Shown here piece after piece: positions 15,762 through 23,332 of a DNA stretch of 24,000 bases. The notes beneath the pieces are model-generated. The model worked only from the letters and a program-made list of their open reading frames with translations, did not search any database and was not told where the DNA came from. The first letter of the stretch is position 1; each line of letters starts with the position of its first letter. The stretch comes from Nitrososphaerota archaeon (lineage in GTDB: Archaea > Thermoproteota > Nitrososphaeria_A > Caldarchaeales > Wolframiiraptoraceae): contig JAGGTD010000002.1 of the NCBI GenBank assembly GCA_021163925.1, positions 1 to 24,000 of the forward strand, written 5' to 3'. A program made the translations under genes and the position numbers.

Positions 15762-16295
15762 ATGGCAGGGGTCTGCCGAGGGGTTCGAGGAGAGGTTCTA
15801 AGAAGCCCCTTAAAGATTCTCGGAGATCTTAAAGCCTTGGGAGAAGACTTCACGGCTCAAATCTTCGATGCAGAACCCGTAATATCGCTGAGACAGATAC
15901 ACGCGGCCGCGGTTGCAGCCTACCTCTCATTTAAGGCTGGCGTCAATATATCAAAGAGACTTGAGATAGAGTTTCTTTTGAGACTTGCAGCCGATACCCA
16001 GATCGATAGAGCTTTGGAGAAGATCGGCGTTAAGCCTAATTCGAGCGAGGTTGGGTTCTGCATCTTCGCGGATAGTAAGGAGAGGGCGGTCGAGGTTGGG
16101 AGGGTAGCGCTTAGAACTCTCGGCGGAGAAGCCCTAACGGATGCAGAGCTTGGAGTAGAGGATAGGGTGAGGAGCGCCCTCAGATTCTATGGAATAGATG
16201 AGTCTGAGCTCAGAAATGTCCAAGCGGATTCAAGGCTTCAAGCCGCTCTCCTCTTAATCCTTGAGAGGATAGCGACTCTCGACATCAAGCGTTAG
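15762..16295 (+). CDS. cgi121: KEOPS complex subunit Cgi121
   Basis: The ORF is open from TTG 15729. ATG 15762 gives MAGVCRGVRGE..., comparable to archaeal Cgi121 N-termini. The middle block is AQIFDAEPVISLRQIHAAAVAAYLSFKAGVNISKRLEIEFLLRLAADTQIDRAL and the C-terminus is LLLILERIATLDI. Confidence 0.75.
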   Translation: MAGVCRGVRGEVLRSPLKILGDLKALGEDFTAQIFDAEPVISLRQIHAAAVAAYLSFKAGVNISKRLEIEFLLRLAADTQIDRALEKIGVKPNSSEVGFCIFADSKERAVEVGRVALRTLGGEALTDAELGVEDRVRSALRFYGIDESELRNVQADSRLQAALLLILERIATLDIKR

Positions 16296-16922
16296 ACCAA
16301 GCTCTTCGCAGACATCTTTAAGCTTCTCAACTGTTATCGAGCCTAATCTCAGGATTCTCAGCCGACCCTCGTCCACAAGCCTAACCACGGTTGAGGGCTT
16401 ACCTATTAAACACCTCCCACCATCGATCACCAGATCCACAGATCTCAAGATCTCCTCATCCAGCTCTTGGATGCTTTGAGGCGGCGGTAGTCCGGAGATG
16501 TTCGCGCTCGTCCCGACCAAGAGTCCTCCCGACTCCTTGATTATGGTTAAGGTTTGGAGAGATGCGGGTATCCTAACACCAATCCTTCTATCCTCAGACA
16601 TGAGCCTCGAAATTCTAAAACTAGGCTTCGCCCTAAGTAGGATTGTTAATTGACCGGGCCATAGCTTTGAGACGATCTCGAACTCGATCTCATTCATCTC
16701 GGCGATCCTCTCAATATCGTTAAGATCTTTAGCGAGAATTGGCATGGGCTTCCCAAATCTCTTCTTAATCTCATAGATCCGCTTAACCGACTCATCGTTG
16801 AGAGGGTCGCATCCAATTCCATAGACCGTATCTGTTGGAAAGACTATAACCCCTCCAGCCTTGACAATATTCCCCGCGAGCTTCGCGGATTTGGTCGAGA
16901 ATTTTAGAACTCTCATCTTCAT
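16254..16922 (-). CDS. L-threonylcarbamoyladenylate synthase, single-domain TsaC/YrdC-type (Sua5 family without the C-terminal SUA5 domain)
   Basis: 222-aa ORF. YrdC-domain motifs: VIVFPTDTVYGIGCDP, IYEIKKRFGKPMPIL (K-x-R), VGTSANISG (S-x-N), GKPSTVVRL. The ATGA start overlaps the upstream gene's stop. Confidence 0.85.
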   Translation of the reverse strand: MKMRVLKFSTKSAKLAGNIVKAGGVIVFPTDTVYGIGCDPLNDESVKRIYEIKKRFGKPMPILAKDLNDIERIAEMNEIEFEIVSKLWPGQLTILLRAKPSFRISRLMSEDRRIGVRIPASLQTLTIIKESGGLLVGTSANISGLPPPQSIQELDEEILRSVDLVIDGGRCLIGKPSTVVRLVDEGRLRILRLGSITVEKLKDVCEELGLTLDVESRYPLKD

Positions 16923-18097
16923 GGAAGCGTTCCCAGAGATGAGTAGAAGGCTTCGAGCGCCGTCCCCTCATCCGCCTCGAATCCCAGCTTCCTAAGCGTA
17001 TATGCTAGGCCGGTTATCGTGTAAACTAGGTATGGCACGTTCGCCGTCATCCCCATATGTCCAACCCTTACAGTCGTGTTCTCAAGCTTGCCCATCCCCC
17101 TCGCTAAGAGTATGTTGAATCTATGGAGCATTTCCTGAATCAATTTCTTAGGCATCCCATGTGGGAGCTTGATCACCGTTATCGTCGACGAGGCGTATTC
17201 ATCCGGCGCAACGGTCTCTAAGCCCATCGCCCTCACAGCCTCCCTAAAGGCAGTCGCCATCCTCCTATGCCTTTCATACCTCTTCTCAAGCCCCTCGTTC
17301 AAGACAATTCTCAAAGCCTCTCTAAACGCTAGGATTGTGTGGGTTGGAACCTCGGTTGGGTATGGTCTGCCGAGCACGCTCCACCTCTCGATAGACTCCT
17401 TCCAAACCTTTAGGTCTAGGAACCATGCGGCAACCTTCCACTTCCTATCCTCTATGATCCTCTCAGCTCTTGGGCTGACGGCCACTGGGGTTATCCCGGT
17501 TAGGCCTGAGATCGCCATCCCACAGTGGCCCACACAGTAATCTACGCCCCACTCATCGACTCTTAGATCCATTCCACCATAGGAGGATGAGGCGTCGACC
17601 ATGAAGAGAGCATTACTATTCTCTTGAACGACTTTTCCATAGGTCTTAACTGGGTTGCGAACGCCTGTGGAGGTCTCGCTATGCAGGGCTACGACTAGAT
17701 CGACATCTGGATTCTCTCGGAGAACGGACTTCAACTCAGATGGCTTAACTATTTGACCATAATCCGCCTCAACCGTAACCACGTCTCGGCCGAGATGGCG
17801 AGCTATATCTACAATCCTCTCTCCACAGAATCCATTGACTATAACGAGTAGCTTTCCATCGGGTGGGACGAGGTTCGCGATCCCCATCTCTAGAGCGGCC
17901 GAGTATGGAGCGGGTATCAGGAGGACTTCTCCAGATGATCCGAATGGTTTCTTCGCCATCTCCCTAACTTCCTCGAATATCTTCCCCCACCTTCTCCCAT
18001 AATATGGCATGGGGTGTAGGGATACCGCCGTCAGGACTCCCGCCGGAACCTCCGATGGCCCCGGGACCATCAGTATCGGTCTCTCAACCTTGCTCAT
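16919..18097 (-). CDS. Class V (AGXT/serine-pyruvate-type) aminotransferase-fold protein lacking the canonical Schiff-base lysine
   Basis: 392-aa ORF. Family blocks: MVPGPSEVP, NGFCGERI, ALHSETSTGV, FMVDASSSYGG, DEWGVDYCVGHCGMAISGLTG. The last block has Met194 (17516-17518) where the family has SQK. Confidence 0.75.
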   Translation of the reverse strand: MSKVERPILMVPGPSEVPAGVLTAVSLHPMPYYGRRWGKIFEEVREMAKKPFGSSGEVLLIPAPYSAALEMGIANLVPPDGKLLVIVNGFCGERIVDIARHLGRDVVTVEADYGQIVKPSELKSVLRENPDVDLVVALHSETSTGVRNPVKTYGKVVQENSNALFMVDASSSYGGMDLRVDEWGVDYCVGHCGMAISGLTGITPVAVSPRAERIIEDRKWKVAAWFLDLKVWKESIERWSVLGRPYPTEVPTHTILAFREALRIVLNEGLEKRYERHRRMATAFREAVRAMGLETVAPDEYASSTITVIKLPHGMPKKLIQEMLHRFNILLARGMGKLENTTVRVGHMGMTANVPYLVYTITGLAYTLRKLGFEADEGTALEAFYSSLGTLP

Positions 18098-18203
18098 GTC
18101 TACCTCTCCTCTCGTAAAATTGTGTAAGACCTAGCTTAAAATCCTTCCACGCGCCTCCTCCCAGCTAAATATCTCTGAGTCTAAACCCGCGATTATCCCA
18201 ATC

Positions 18204-19055
18204 TTACAGTTCCTCAATAAATTCTTCGATAAGCTTATTCAGATCATCTGCCCTCTCATAGAGTATTAGGTGGCCTGCTCTCTCTAAGATCGCGAGCCTC
18301 GAATTCGGGAGTAGTTCATGGATTTTGATGCTCTCATCCTTCGGCGTCACCTTATCATCCTCCCCCACGATCACTAGGGCTGGAGTCTTAACCTCGGAGA
18401 GCCACTTAGATGCATCATAATCTTGGAAGAACTTCAGGTATCTGAATGCGTGGGCTGGAAGGCTCTCAAGATACTCCTTGTTATCTTTGATGAATTCCTC
18501 GAATATCTCATCCGATGTGGAGGGGCTGAAGAATAGACCTCTATACACCTTCCTCGTAAGCGGGTTCTCGGTGAAGAATAATTTTCTCCAAAATATCGGT
18601 GGGAGATTCCAGACTATCTTATCGATTATGTCGGGCTTGATCTTGATCAAGGATCCTATCAAGACCAAACCTTTAACGGCGTGATCTCTGGCATATGCTT
18701 GGGCGACCATGCCTCCAAAGCTGTGGCCGACTAAAACCGCATCATCAGCCGATATGTTAAGTTTGTTCATGAGCGATGTGAGATCATCGAGATAATCCTT
18801 CAACAGAACCTTGGCGGGTTTATCCGATCTTCCATATCCCCGCTGATCATAAGCCACCACCCTATACCTCTCCTCAAAGTAGCTTATCTGATACTTCCAG
18901 TTTGAGATCTGTCCAGGTGATCCGTGGAGGAAGATCATCGTTAATGGGCTTTGATAGCTATGCGTCCTCGACGAATCATATACATGTAGCTTCAAGCCAT
19001 CTAGGTCTATGAAGAAGAGGTTTCTCTGATCGATCAAAGCCTTCTCATCCGACAT
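18204..19055 (-). CDS. Alpha/beta-fold hydrolase
   Basis: 283-aa ORF. Oxyanion HG motif IFLHGSPG, nucleophile elbow VGHSFGG (G-x-S-x-G), and a C-terminal AGHLILYE histidine block. Confidence 0.85.
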   Translation of the reverse strand: MSDEKALIDQRNLFFIDLDGLKLHVYDSSRTHSYQSPLTMIFLHGSPGQISNWKYQISYFEERYRVVAYDQRGYGRSDKPAKVLLKDYLDDLTSLMNKLNISADDAVLVGHSFGGMVAQAYARDHAVKGLVLIGSLIKIKPDIIDKIVWNLPPIFWRKLFFTENPLTRKVYRGLFFSPSTSDEIFEEFIKDNKEYLESLPAHAFRYLKFFQDYDASKWLSEVKTPALVIVGEDDKVTPKDESIKIHELLPNSRLAILERAGHLILYERADDLNKLIEEFIEEL

Positions 19056-19091
19056 GTGGGAGATTCTGGTCTAGGCGGCTTATATCAGTTT

Positions 19092-19511
19092 CTACCTCTC
19101 CAACTCTTTTAGCCGTCTTGTTATGGCCTCGTTTGCGAGCCTATCCGCTTCCACGTTAAGCTCTCTCGGAACGTATACTATCCTATATTCCTTGAAATTT
19201 TTGAGGAGTTGGAGGCATTCTAGATGGAGCCTCTTAAGCTTCTCATCCCTAACGGAGTATACTCCCTTAACCTGTCTCACCAGAAGTTCGCTGTCAGAGT
19301 ATAGCTCCACCTTCTCCGCGCCTAGCTGCACGGCTCTCCTCAAAGCCTCGATCAAAGCATGATATTCGGCCTCATTATTCGTTCCAAAGCCGATAAACTT
19401 TGAGAACTTATCCAAAACTCTTCCAGACTCATCGAAGACTATTATCCCGATACCCGATGGCCCGGGGTTTCCATGCGATGATCCATCGAAGAATATCTTC
19501 AGGGTCTTCAA
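19092..19511 (-). CDS. rnhA: Ribonuclease HI (type 1 RNase H)
   Basis: 139-aa ORF. The TTG start lies in a TTGA overlap with the L10e stop. DEDD residues are in FFDGSSHGNPGPSG, TNNEAEYHALI, YSDSELLV and VEADRLAN. Confidence 0.85.
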   Translation of the reverse strand: MKTLKIFFDGSSHGNPGPSGIGIIVFDESGRVLDKFSKFIGFGTNNEAEYHALIEALRRAVQLGAEKVELYSDSELLVRQVKGVYSVRDEKLKRLHLECLQLLKNFKEYRIVYVPRELNVEADRLANEAITRRLKELER

Positions 19512-20017
19512 GCCGCCTTACTCGCCGCGAGCTCCCTGATCAAGACCCTATACCTCTTGGGAAGCTTCTTCGCCGCTATCCTCAATGCCTTCTTTGCCTC
19601 CTCAACCCCATTACTATAGGTCAAGACCCTGAAGACGGGTGATCCCTTCCTAACCCTCGCAGCCCTTCCAACAGGTTTTCCGAAGGCTCTCCTCATCCCT
19701 TCCTGAAGCCTATCCGCGTGTGCTCCGAAGATCATCTTATTCTCCCTTAAGACGTGGTGTGGATGGGCCTTAAGCTCTAGGAAGAAGTTGTCTCCACCCA
19801 GCTTGGATGTGAGCTGCTTACCTATCGCGACTCTAGCGGATTCAAGCGCTACATCCCTGACTTGGAGATCCTCCTCGGCGATCAACAGCAGTTCATGGGT
19901 GTAGTCCTCCTTATAGGATCCCATCGTATACTTCGCTATCCTAGGCTGAGGCGCTCCATGGATATAATCCTCTCTAGTGTATGGCCTCTCGGCAGCCCTC
20001 CAATTCCTAGCCCTCAT
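19508..20017 (-). CDS. rpl10e: 50S ribosomal protein L10e (uL16)
   Basis: 169-aa ORF beginning MRARNWRAAERPYTREDYIHGAPQPRIAKYTMG, and containing ...RENKMIFGAHADRLQEGMRRAFGKP. This is the typical archaeal L10e pattern. Confidence 0.9.
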   Translation of the reverse strand: MRARNWRAAERPYTREDYIHGAPQPRIAKYTMGSYKEDYTHELLLIAEEDLQVRDVALESARVAIGKQLTSKLGGDNFFLELKAHPHHVLRENKMIFGAHADRLQEGMRRAFGKPVGRAARVRKGSPVFRVLTYSNGVEEAKKALRIAAKKLPKRYRVLIRELAASKAA

Positions 20018-20050
20018 CCCAATCTCCCCTCAAAGATCCGATAACGGCGC

Positions 20051-20815
20051 TTATTTAGTCTTCAACTCTAGGAACTTCTCCGAGACTGAGAGCAATTGAG
20101 ACGGCGTTAGCTGGTAAACCCTCTTCGACATGAGTTCATCTCCTAGAACCTCGGTTAAATCAACGGCCAACTCCTCTTCCTTCGCGAGGTCTCTCAGTAT
20201 TCGCCTTAACATCTGCCTCCTCCTCGTGAAGAGGAATTTGACGAATCTCTTAACATCTTCATCCAGCTTCCGAACACCCTCCCTCCTCCTCATCAAGACT
20301 ATCGCTGAATCGACTTTGGGCATGGGTCTGAACAGATTTCTGGGGATGAACTCGACCACGCTTGACTCGTAGAGTAGGTTTGAGAGGAATGAGATGTATA
20401 GATATTTCGTGGACCCTGGCTTGGCCACAAGCTTTGACGCAAACTCCCTTTGAAGCGTTAAAACTATTCTCTCCGCGTCTTCTTCGATGAGCCATTCGAG
20501 GAGCCTCGTCGAGATATTATATGGGGGGTTTGAGACCACCTTATTGAAGCCTGTGGGCTTGAGCTTGAGGACGTCTCCGACCAAGAGCTCGACGTTATCA
20601 TAGTCCTTTAACCTCCTCCTCGCCTCCTCCGCCAATTCTTGGTCGAGTTCAACAGCTATTACCTTGCCAGCCTTCTCAGCAAGCCTCGCCGTGAGTTCTC
20701 CTCTTCCAGCCCCGACATCTAAGACTACGTCATCCCTTGTAATCTCGCCATATCGAACCATCCTATCGAGGATCTTCTCATCTATCAGGAAATGTTGGCC
20801 GAGCCTTCTCCTCAT
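20051..20815 (-). CDS. rsmA: 16S rRNA (adenine1518/1519-N6)-dimethyltransferase RsmA/KsgA/Dim1
   Basis: 254-aa ORF with LGQHFLID at the N-terminus, SAM motif VLDVGAGRGELT and VVSNPPYNIST. Confidence 0.9.
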   Translation of the reverse strand: MRRRLGQHFLIDEKILDRMVRYGEITRDDVVLDVGAGRGELTARLAEKAGKVIAVELDQELAEEARRRLKDYDNVELLVGDVLKLKPTGFNKVVSNPPYNISTRLLEWLIEEDAERIVLTLQREFASKLVAKPGSTKYLYISFLSNLLYESSVVEFIPRNLFRPMPKVDSAIVLMRRREGVRKLDEDVKRFVKFLFTRRRQMLRRILRDLAKEEELAVDLTEVLGDELMSKRVYQLTPSQLLSVSEKFLELKTK

Positions 20816-21411
20816 ATCGGTGGACTCGTCCTTCTGATGGGCTCCCTCACGAACAACCTATGCCTCTCCTCATGGTTCATGAGCTCTTGCAGGATCCTCT
20901 GGACAATTATCTTGACCGGATCCTGAATCTTACCCCTCTTCTTCAAGTCCTCATAGCTCTCGAAGGGCTTTATCTCCCTCTCCGCGATTATCTTCAAGGC
21001 TATCTTCTTACCTATACTTGGCATGAGTTCTAAGGCGTGCATCTTAGGGGTTACTGGAGTGCATTTATTGAAGAACTCCACGAACCTCTGCTCATTCGAC
21101 TCAACTATCTTTCTGACAGCGTTCTCAAGCTCGTTCTTCGCATTCTGAGTTAAGTCCTCATAATTTATCCTCCTAATGATCCTCAAAATACTCCTCGGAA
21201 CATCCTTTCCAACATAGATTCTAGTCCCTATCGGCGGCTTATGCTTCGGCGAGACCGCGGCCTCAAGCAAAGTGAAGAAATCCTCGCCCAAGAGCTGGAC
21301 TATAAGCTCTCCTCGCGAGAGGGTTATGTTCGGAAGCCTCGCCTTGAGCTCAGACGCTGGATAAACGTCTAAAACATATGCAAAGTCTTCATATTTCTTC
21401 TGTCTAACCAA
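20812..21411 (-). CDS. DUF655/COG1491 predicted RNA-binding protein with a helix-hairpin-helix
   Basis: 199-aa ORF with TTG start. The N-terminus is YEDFAYVLDVYP, and an HhH-like LMPSIGKKIALKII follows later. Its position between Rpo4 and KsgA matches the conserved archaeal gene string. It overlaps ksgA by 4 nt. Confidence 0.75.
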   Translation of the reverse strand: MVRQKKYEDFAYVLDVYPASELKARLPNITLSRGELIVQLLGEDFFTLLEAAVSPKHKPPIGTRIYVGKDVPRSILRIIRRINYEDLTQNAKNELENAVRKIVESNEQRFVEFFNKCTPVTPKMHALELMPSIGKKIALKIIAEREIKPFESYEDLKKRGKIQDPVKIIVQRILQELMNHEERHRLFVREPIRRTSPPI

Positions 21412-21440
21412 AGGCCAACAACCCCATGGCTTAGATCAAG

Positions 21441-21800
21441 CTATTCCTCTTTCCCCATCTCCAAATACTTCTTGACCAAGTCGACTATTGCCTGCATCTT
21501 CTCCTCCGAGAAGAGTAGGAATGAGACGAGCCTCTTATATCCGCTGAGTATCGCCCTTAACTCCTCGATATGCGTCGGACATATATCGGCTATTTGGACC
21601 GCCTCCTCCCTCGTTAGCTCAAACTTCTCCATGAGTTCCTCGATGAGCTTCTCGGCCGCCTCGCTTGAGAGCTTCGAGTACTTCCTAACATAGTTTAAGA
21701 CTCTTAGCTGCATGGAGTTTAATTCCTCCTCCCTCTCCTCCATCAACCGCTTAACCTCTGGTAATGAGAGTGGGGTTTGGGATAAGATCTTCTTAGCCAT
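21441..21800 (-). CDS. rpo4: DNA-directed RNA polymerase subunit Rpo4 (RpoF, Rpb4 family)
   Basis: 119-aa acidic helical ORF (LSLPEVKRLMEEREEELNSMQLRVLNYVRKYSKL...EEAVQIADICP). Its size, composition and position directly downstream of L21e fit RpoF. Confidence 0.7.
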   Translation of the reverse strand: MAKKILSQTPLSLPEVKRLMEEREEELNSMQLRVLNYVRKYSKLSSEAAEKLIEELMEKFELTREEAVQIADICPTHIEELRAILSGYKRLVSFLLFSEEKMQAIVDLVKKYLEMGKEE

Positions 21801-21805
21801 CCTTC

Positions 21806-22099
21806 TCAGCCACCCCAGCTCGATAGATGATCTGGTAGGATTGTGAGAATCTTCTGCTTATTTCCAAGCCTAACCCCCACCACGTAGGCTCTCCCCCTCT
21901 TCCCCAAAACCTCCCCTATCTTCCCATGATATCTTCGATGAGGCATCCCCTTATGAACCGCTGGATTTATCTTTATGGCAACCTTGTCTCCAACCCTAAA
22001 CTCTCTTAAATAGATCTCTGGATTTGGGCCCTGCCTCGAGCCCTTAGGCTTAGTCAATACGTCTCTAGACTTGTATCTGAATCCCTTTGATTTCGGCAT
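21806..22099 (-). CDS. rpl21e: 50S ribosomal protein L21e (eL21)
   Basis: MPKSKGFRYKSRDVLTKPKGSRQG...FRVGDKVAIKINPAVHKGMPHRRYHGKIGEVLGKRGRAYVV is the L21e pattern. The ORF track starts two codons earlier at TTG 22105; ATG 22099 is preferred. Confidence 0.9.
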   Translation of the reverse strand: MPKSKGFRYKSRDVLTKPKGSRQGPNPEIYLREFRVGDKVAIKINPAVHKGMPHRRYHGKIGEVLGKRGRAYVVGVRLGNKQKILTILPDHLSSWGG

Positions 22100-22155
22100 T
22101 TCCAACGATTTTTAAGGTATAGGCGATTTAAAAGCTTTAAGAATGGCGCGTTTGC

Positions 22156-22785
22156 TCAGCTTCTCGTGAGCTTCTCCTTAAACTTCTTGATGACTGAGCT
22201 CAGCGATGGCGGCAGGGAGCTCTCCTCATAGATCTCTATCTCCTCAACCCTCCTAGGGGTTCCTAGATACTTGAGCTCGACGAGCTCCATCCCTTGGATC
22301 GTGCTCTCCAAGACCTTCCCCCTATGAATCCCTATCGTGGTCCTGACCTGAACCACCTTCCCCTTCCTATTGATCCTGAAGACCTTAAACTTTAGATCCC
22401 TGAGCCTCCTAGTCCTCGCATAGTCTACTGGATCCACGACTAGGGCGACGGCCTTCGGGAACATCATCTGATATCTCTTCTGAGTCTCGATATCTATCGC
22501 GGATAGGAAGAGGCTGAATCCTGGGTGAGAGTGATACCATCCAACTATGTATAGTCCAGGTCTATTTCTCAAAACCCAGTCCGCCGCGGCCGCTATGGTG
22601 TTCTCATCTAGATAGACGAATCCGGAGGTGGCTCTCTGCGCTCCGGTTACGGCATCCCAGATCTCCAAGACATCTTTCTTCTTGAGATACTTCCCTATTA
22701 GGAGTCCAGCAACCTCTCTCTCAAGGTCGCTTAGGGTGTGTTTAATCACCTTCCCGATCGCAAGTGGGTAGATCCTCGCCCTCAT
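22156..22785 (-). CDS. MPN+/JAMM metalloprotease, Rpn11/CSN5-like (putative deubiquitylase)
   Basis: 209-aa ORF with ATG start. The upstream Glu is in [11 protein letters not shown]. The JAMM block [23 protein letters not shown] (H-x-H-x7-S-x2-D, 22492-22533) is very close to the eukaryotic Rpn11 block as I recall it ([23 protein letters not shown]). Confidence 0.9.
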   Translation of the reverse strand: [209 protein letters not shown]

Positions 22786-22908
22786 CTTAACTTATGTTAA
22801 AGTCTCATTAGGATGGATTTAATGTTACCTATCCCATTTGTCCGGTAATCTCATGGTATTTCGTCTAAGATTTCTCTAGGATTCTCGTAGACTCCCCCGC
22901 ACTTAACA

Positions 22909-22938
22909 CTTATATAGAGTGTATCAGAGGATTTAAGG
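22909..22938 (+). promoter_or_regulatory. Candidate TATA elements for the ubiquitin-like gene, within the divergent promoter region shared with the JAMM gene
   Basis: cttatatag (22909-22917) and atttaagg (22931-22938) lie 40-48 and 19-26 nt upstream of ATG 22957. A GGTG (22945-22948) could serve as a short Shine-Dalgarno if the distal box is used. Confidence 0.3.
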
Positions 22939-22956
22939 CGGATTGGTGTAGAGCGT

Positions 22957-23193
22957 ATGAAGATTAAGGTCGTTCCCGCAATCGGCGGAGGGAGTCCAAT
23001 AGAGCTTGAGGTCTCTCCAACGACCACGATAGGAGCTATAAGGGCGAAGGTATGCGCCATGAAGAGGCTTCCACCAGACACCACCAGACTAACCTATAGA
23101 GGTAGGGCGTTGAAAGACGTTGAAACCCTAGCATCCCTCGGGGTACAGGATGGAGACAAGCTTGTATTGATAACGAGGACGGTTGGAGGCTGA
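22957..23193 (+). CDS. Ubiquitin-family small protein (eukaryote-type Ub homologue) ending in Gly-Gly-stop
   Basis: 78 aa: MKIKVVPAIGGGSPIELEVSPTTTIGAIRAKVCAMKRLPPDTTRLTYRGRALKDVETLASLGVQDGDKLVLITRTVGG. By eye it aligns along its whole length with ubiquitin ([71 protein letters not shown]), with about one third of positions identical and a 2-residue insertion in the first loop. GGA GGC TGA is at 23185-23193. Confidence 0.85.
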   Translation: MKIKVVPAIGGGSPIELEVSPTTTIGAIRAKVCAMKRLPPDTTRLTYRGRALKDVETLASLGVQDGDKLVLITRTVGG

Positions 23194-23222
23194 GCTACAT
23201 CCTCATAGATCTGCTCAAAATA

Positions 23223-23229
23223 TTTTTTT
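23223..23229 (+). terminator. Oligo-T tract (T7), candidate archaeal intrinsic terminator or attenuator after the ubiquitin-like gene
   Basis: tattttttta begins 28 nt after the Ub stop codon. Archaeal RNAP terminates at oligo-dT runs. Confidence 0.35.
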
Positions 23230-23297
23230 AGGGATACGCATCCAAGACGAGATGACGCAAGTATTCTATGAGAATGACCATCAATGATCCTTTTGAG

Positions 23298-23310
23298 TTA
23301 AGGTTAATTA
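23298..23310 (+). promoter_or_regulatory. Candidate TATA box for the E2-E1 transcription unit
   Basis: ttaaggttaatta lies 23-35 nt upstream of ATG 23333. This would give a leaderless or near-leaderless E2 mRNA. Confidence 0.3.
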
Positions 23311-23332
23311 CCCGGCTTTGAACCTCTATCTA

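Noticed and set aside
22851-23084. 77-aa minus-strand ORF overlapping the start of the ubiquitin-like gene
   Set aside because: It is antisense to a strongly supported Ub homologue and spans the divergent promoter region. It has no motif support, so it is most likely a shadow ORF.
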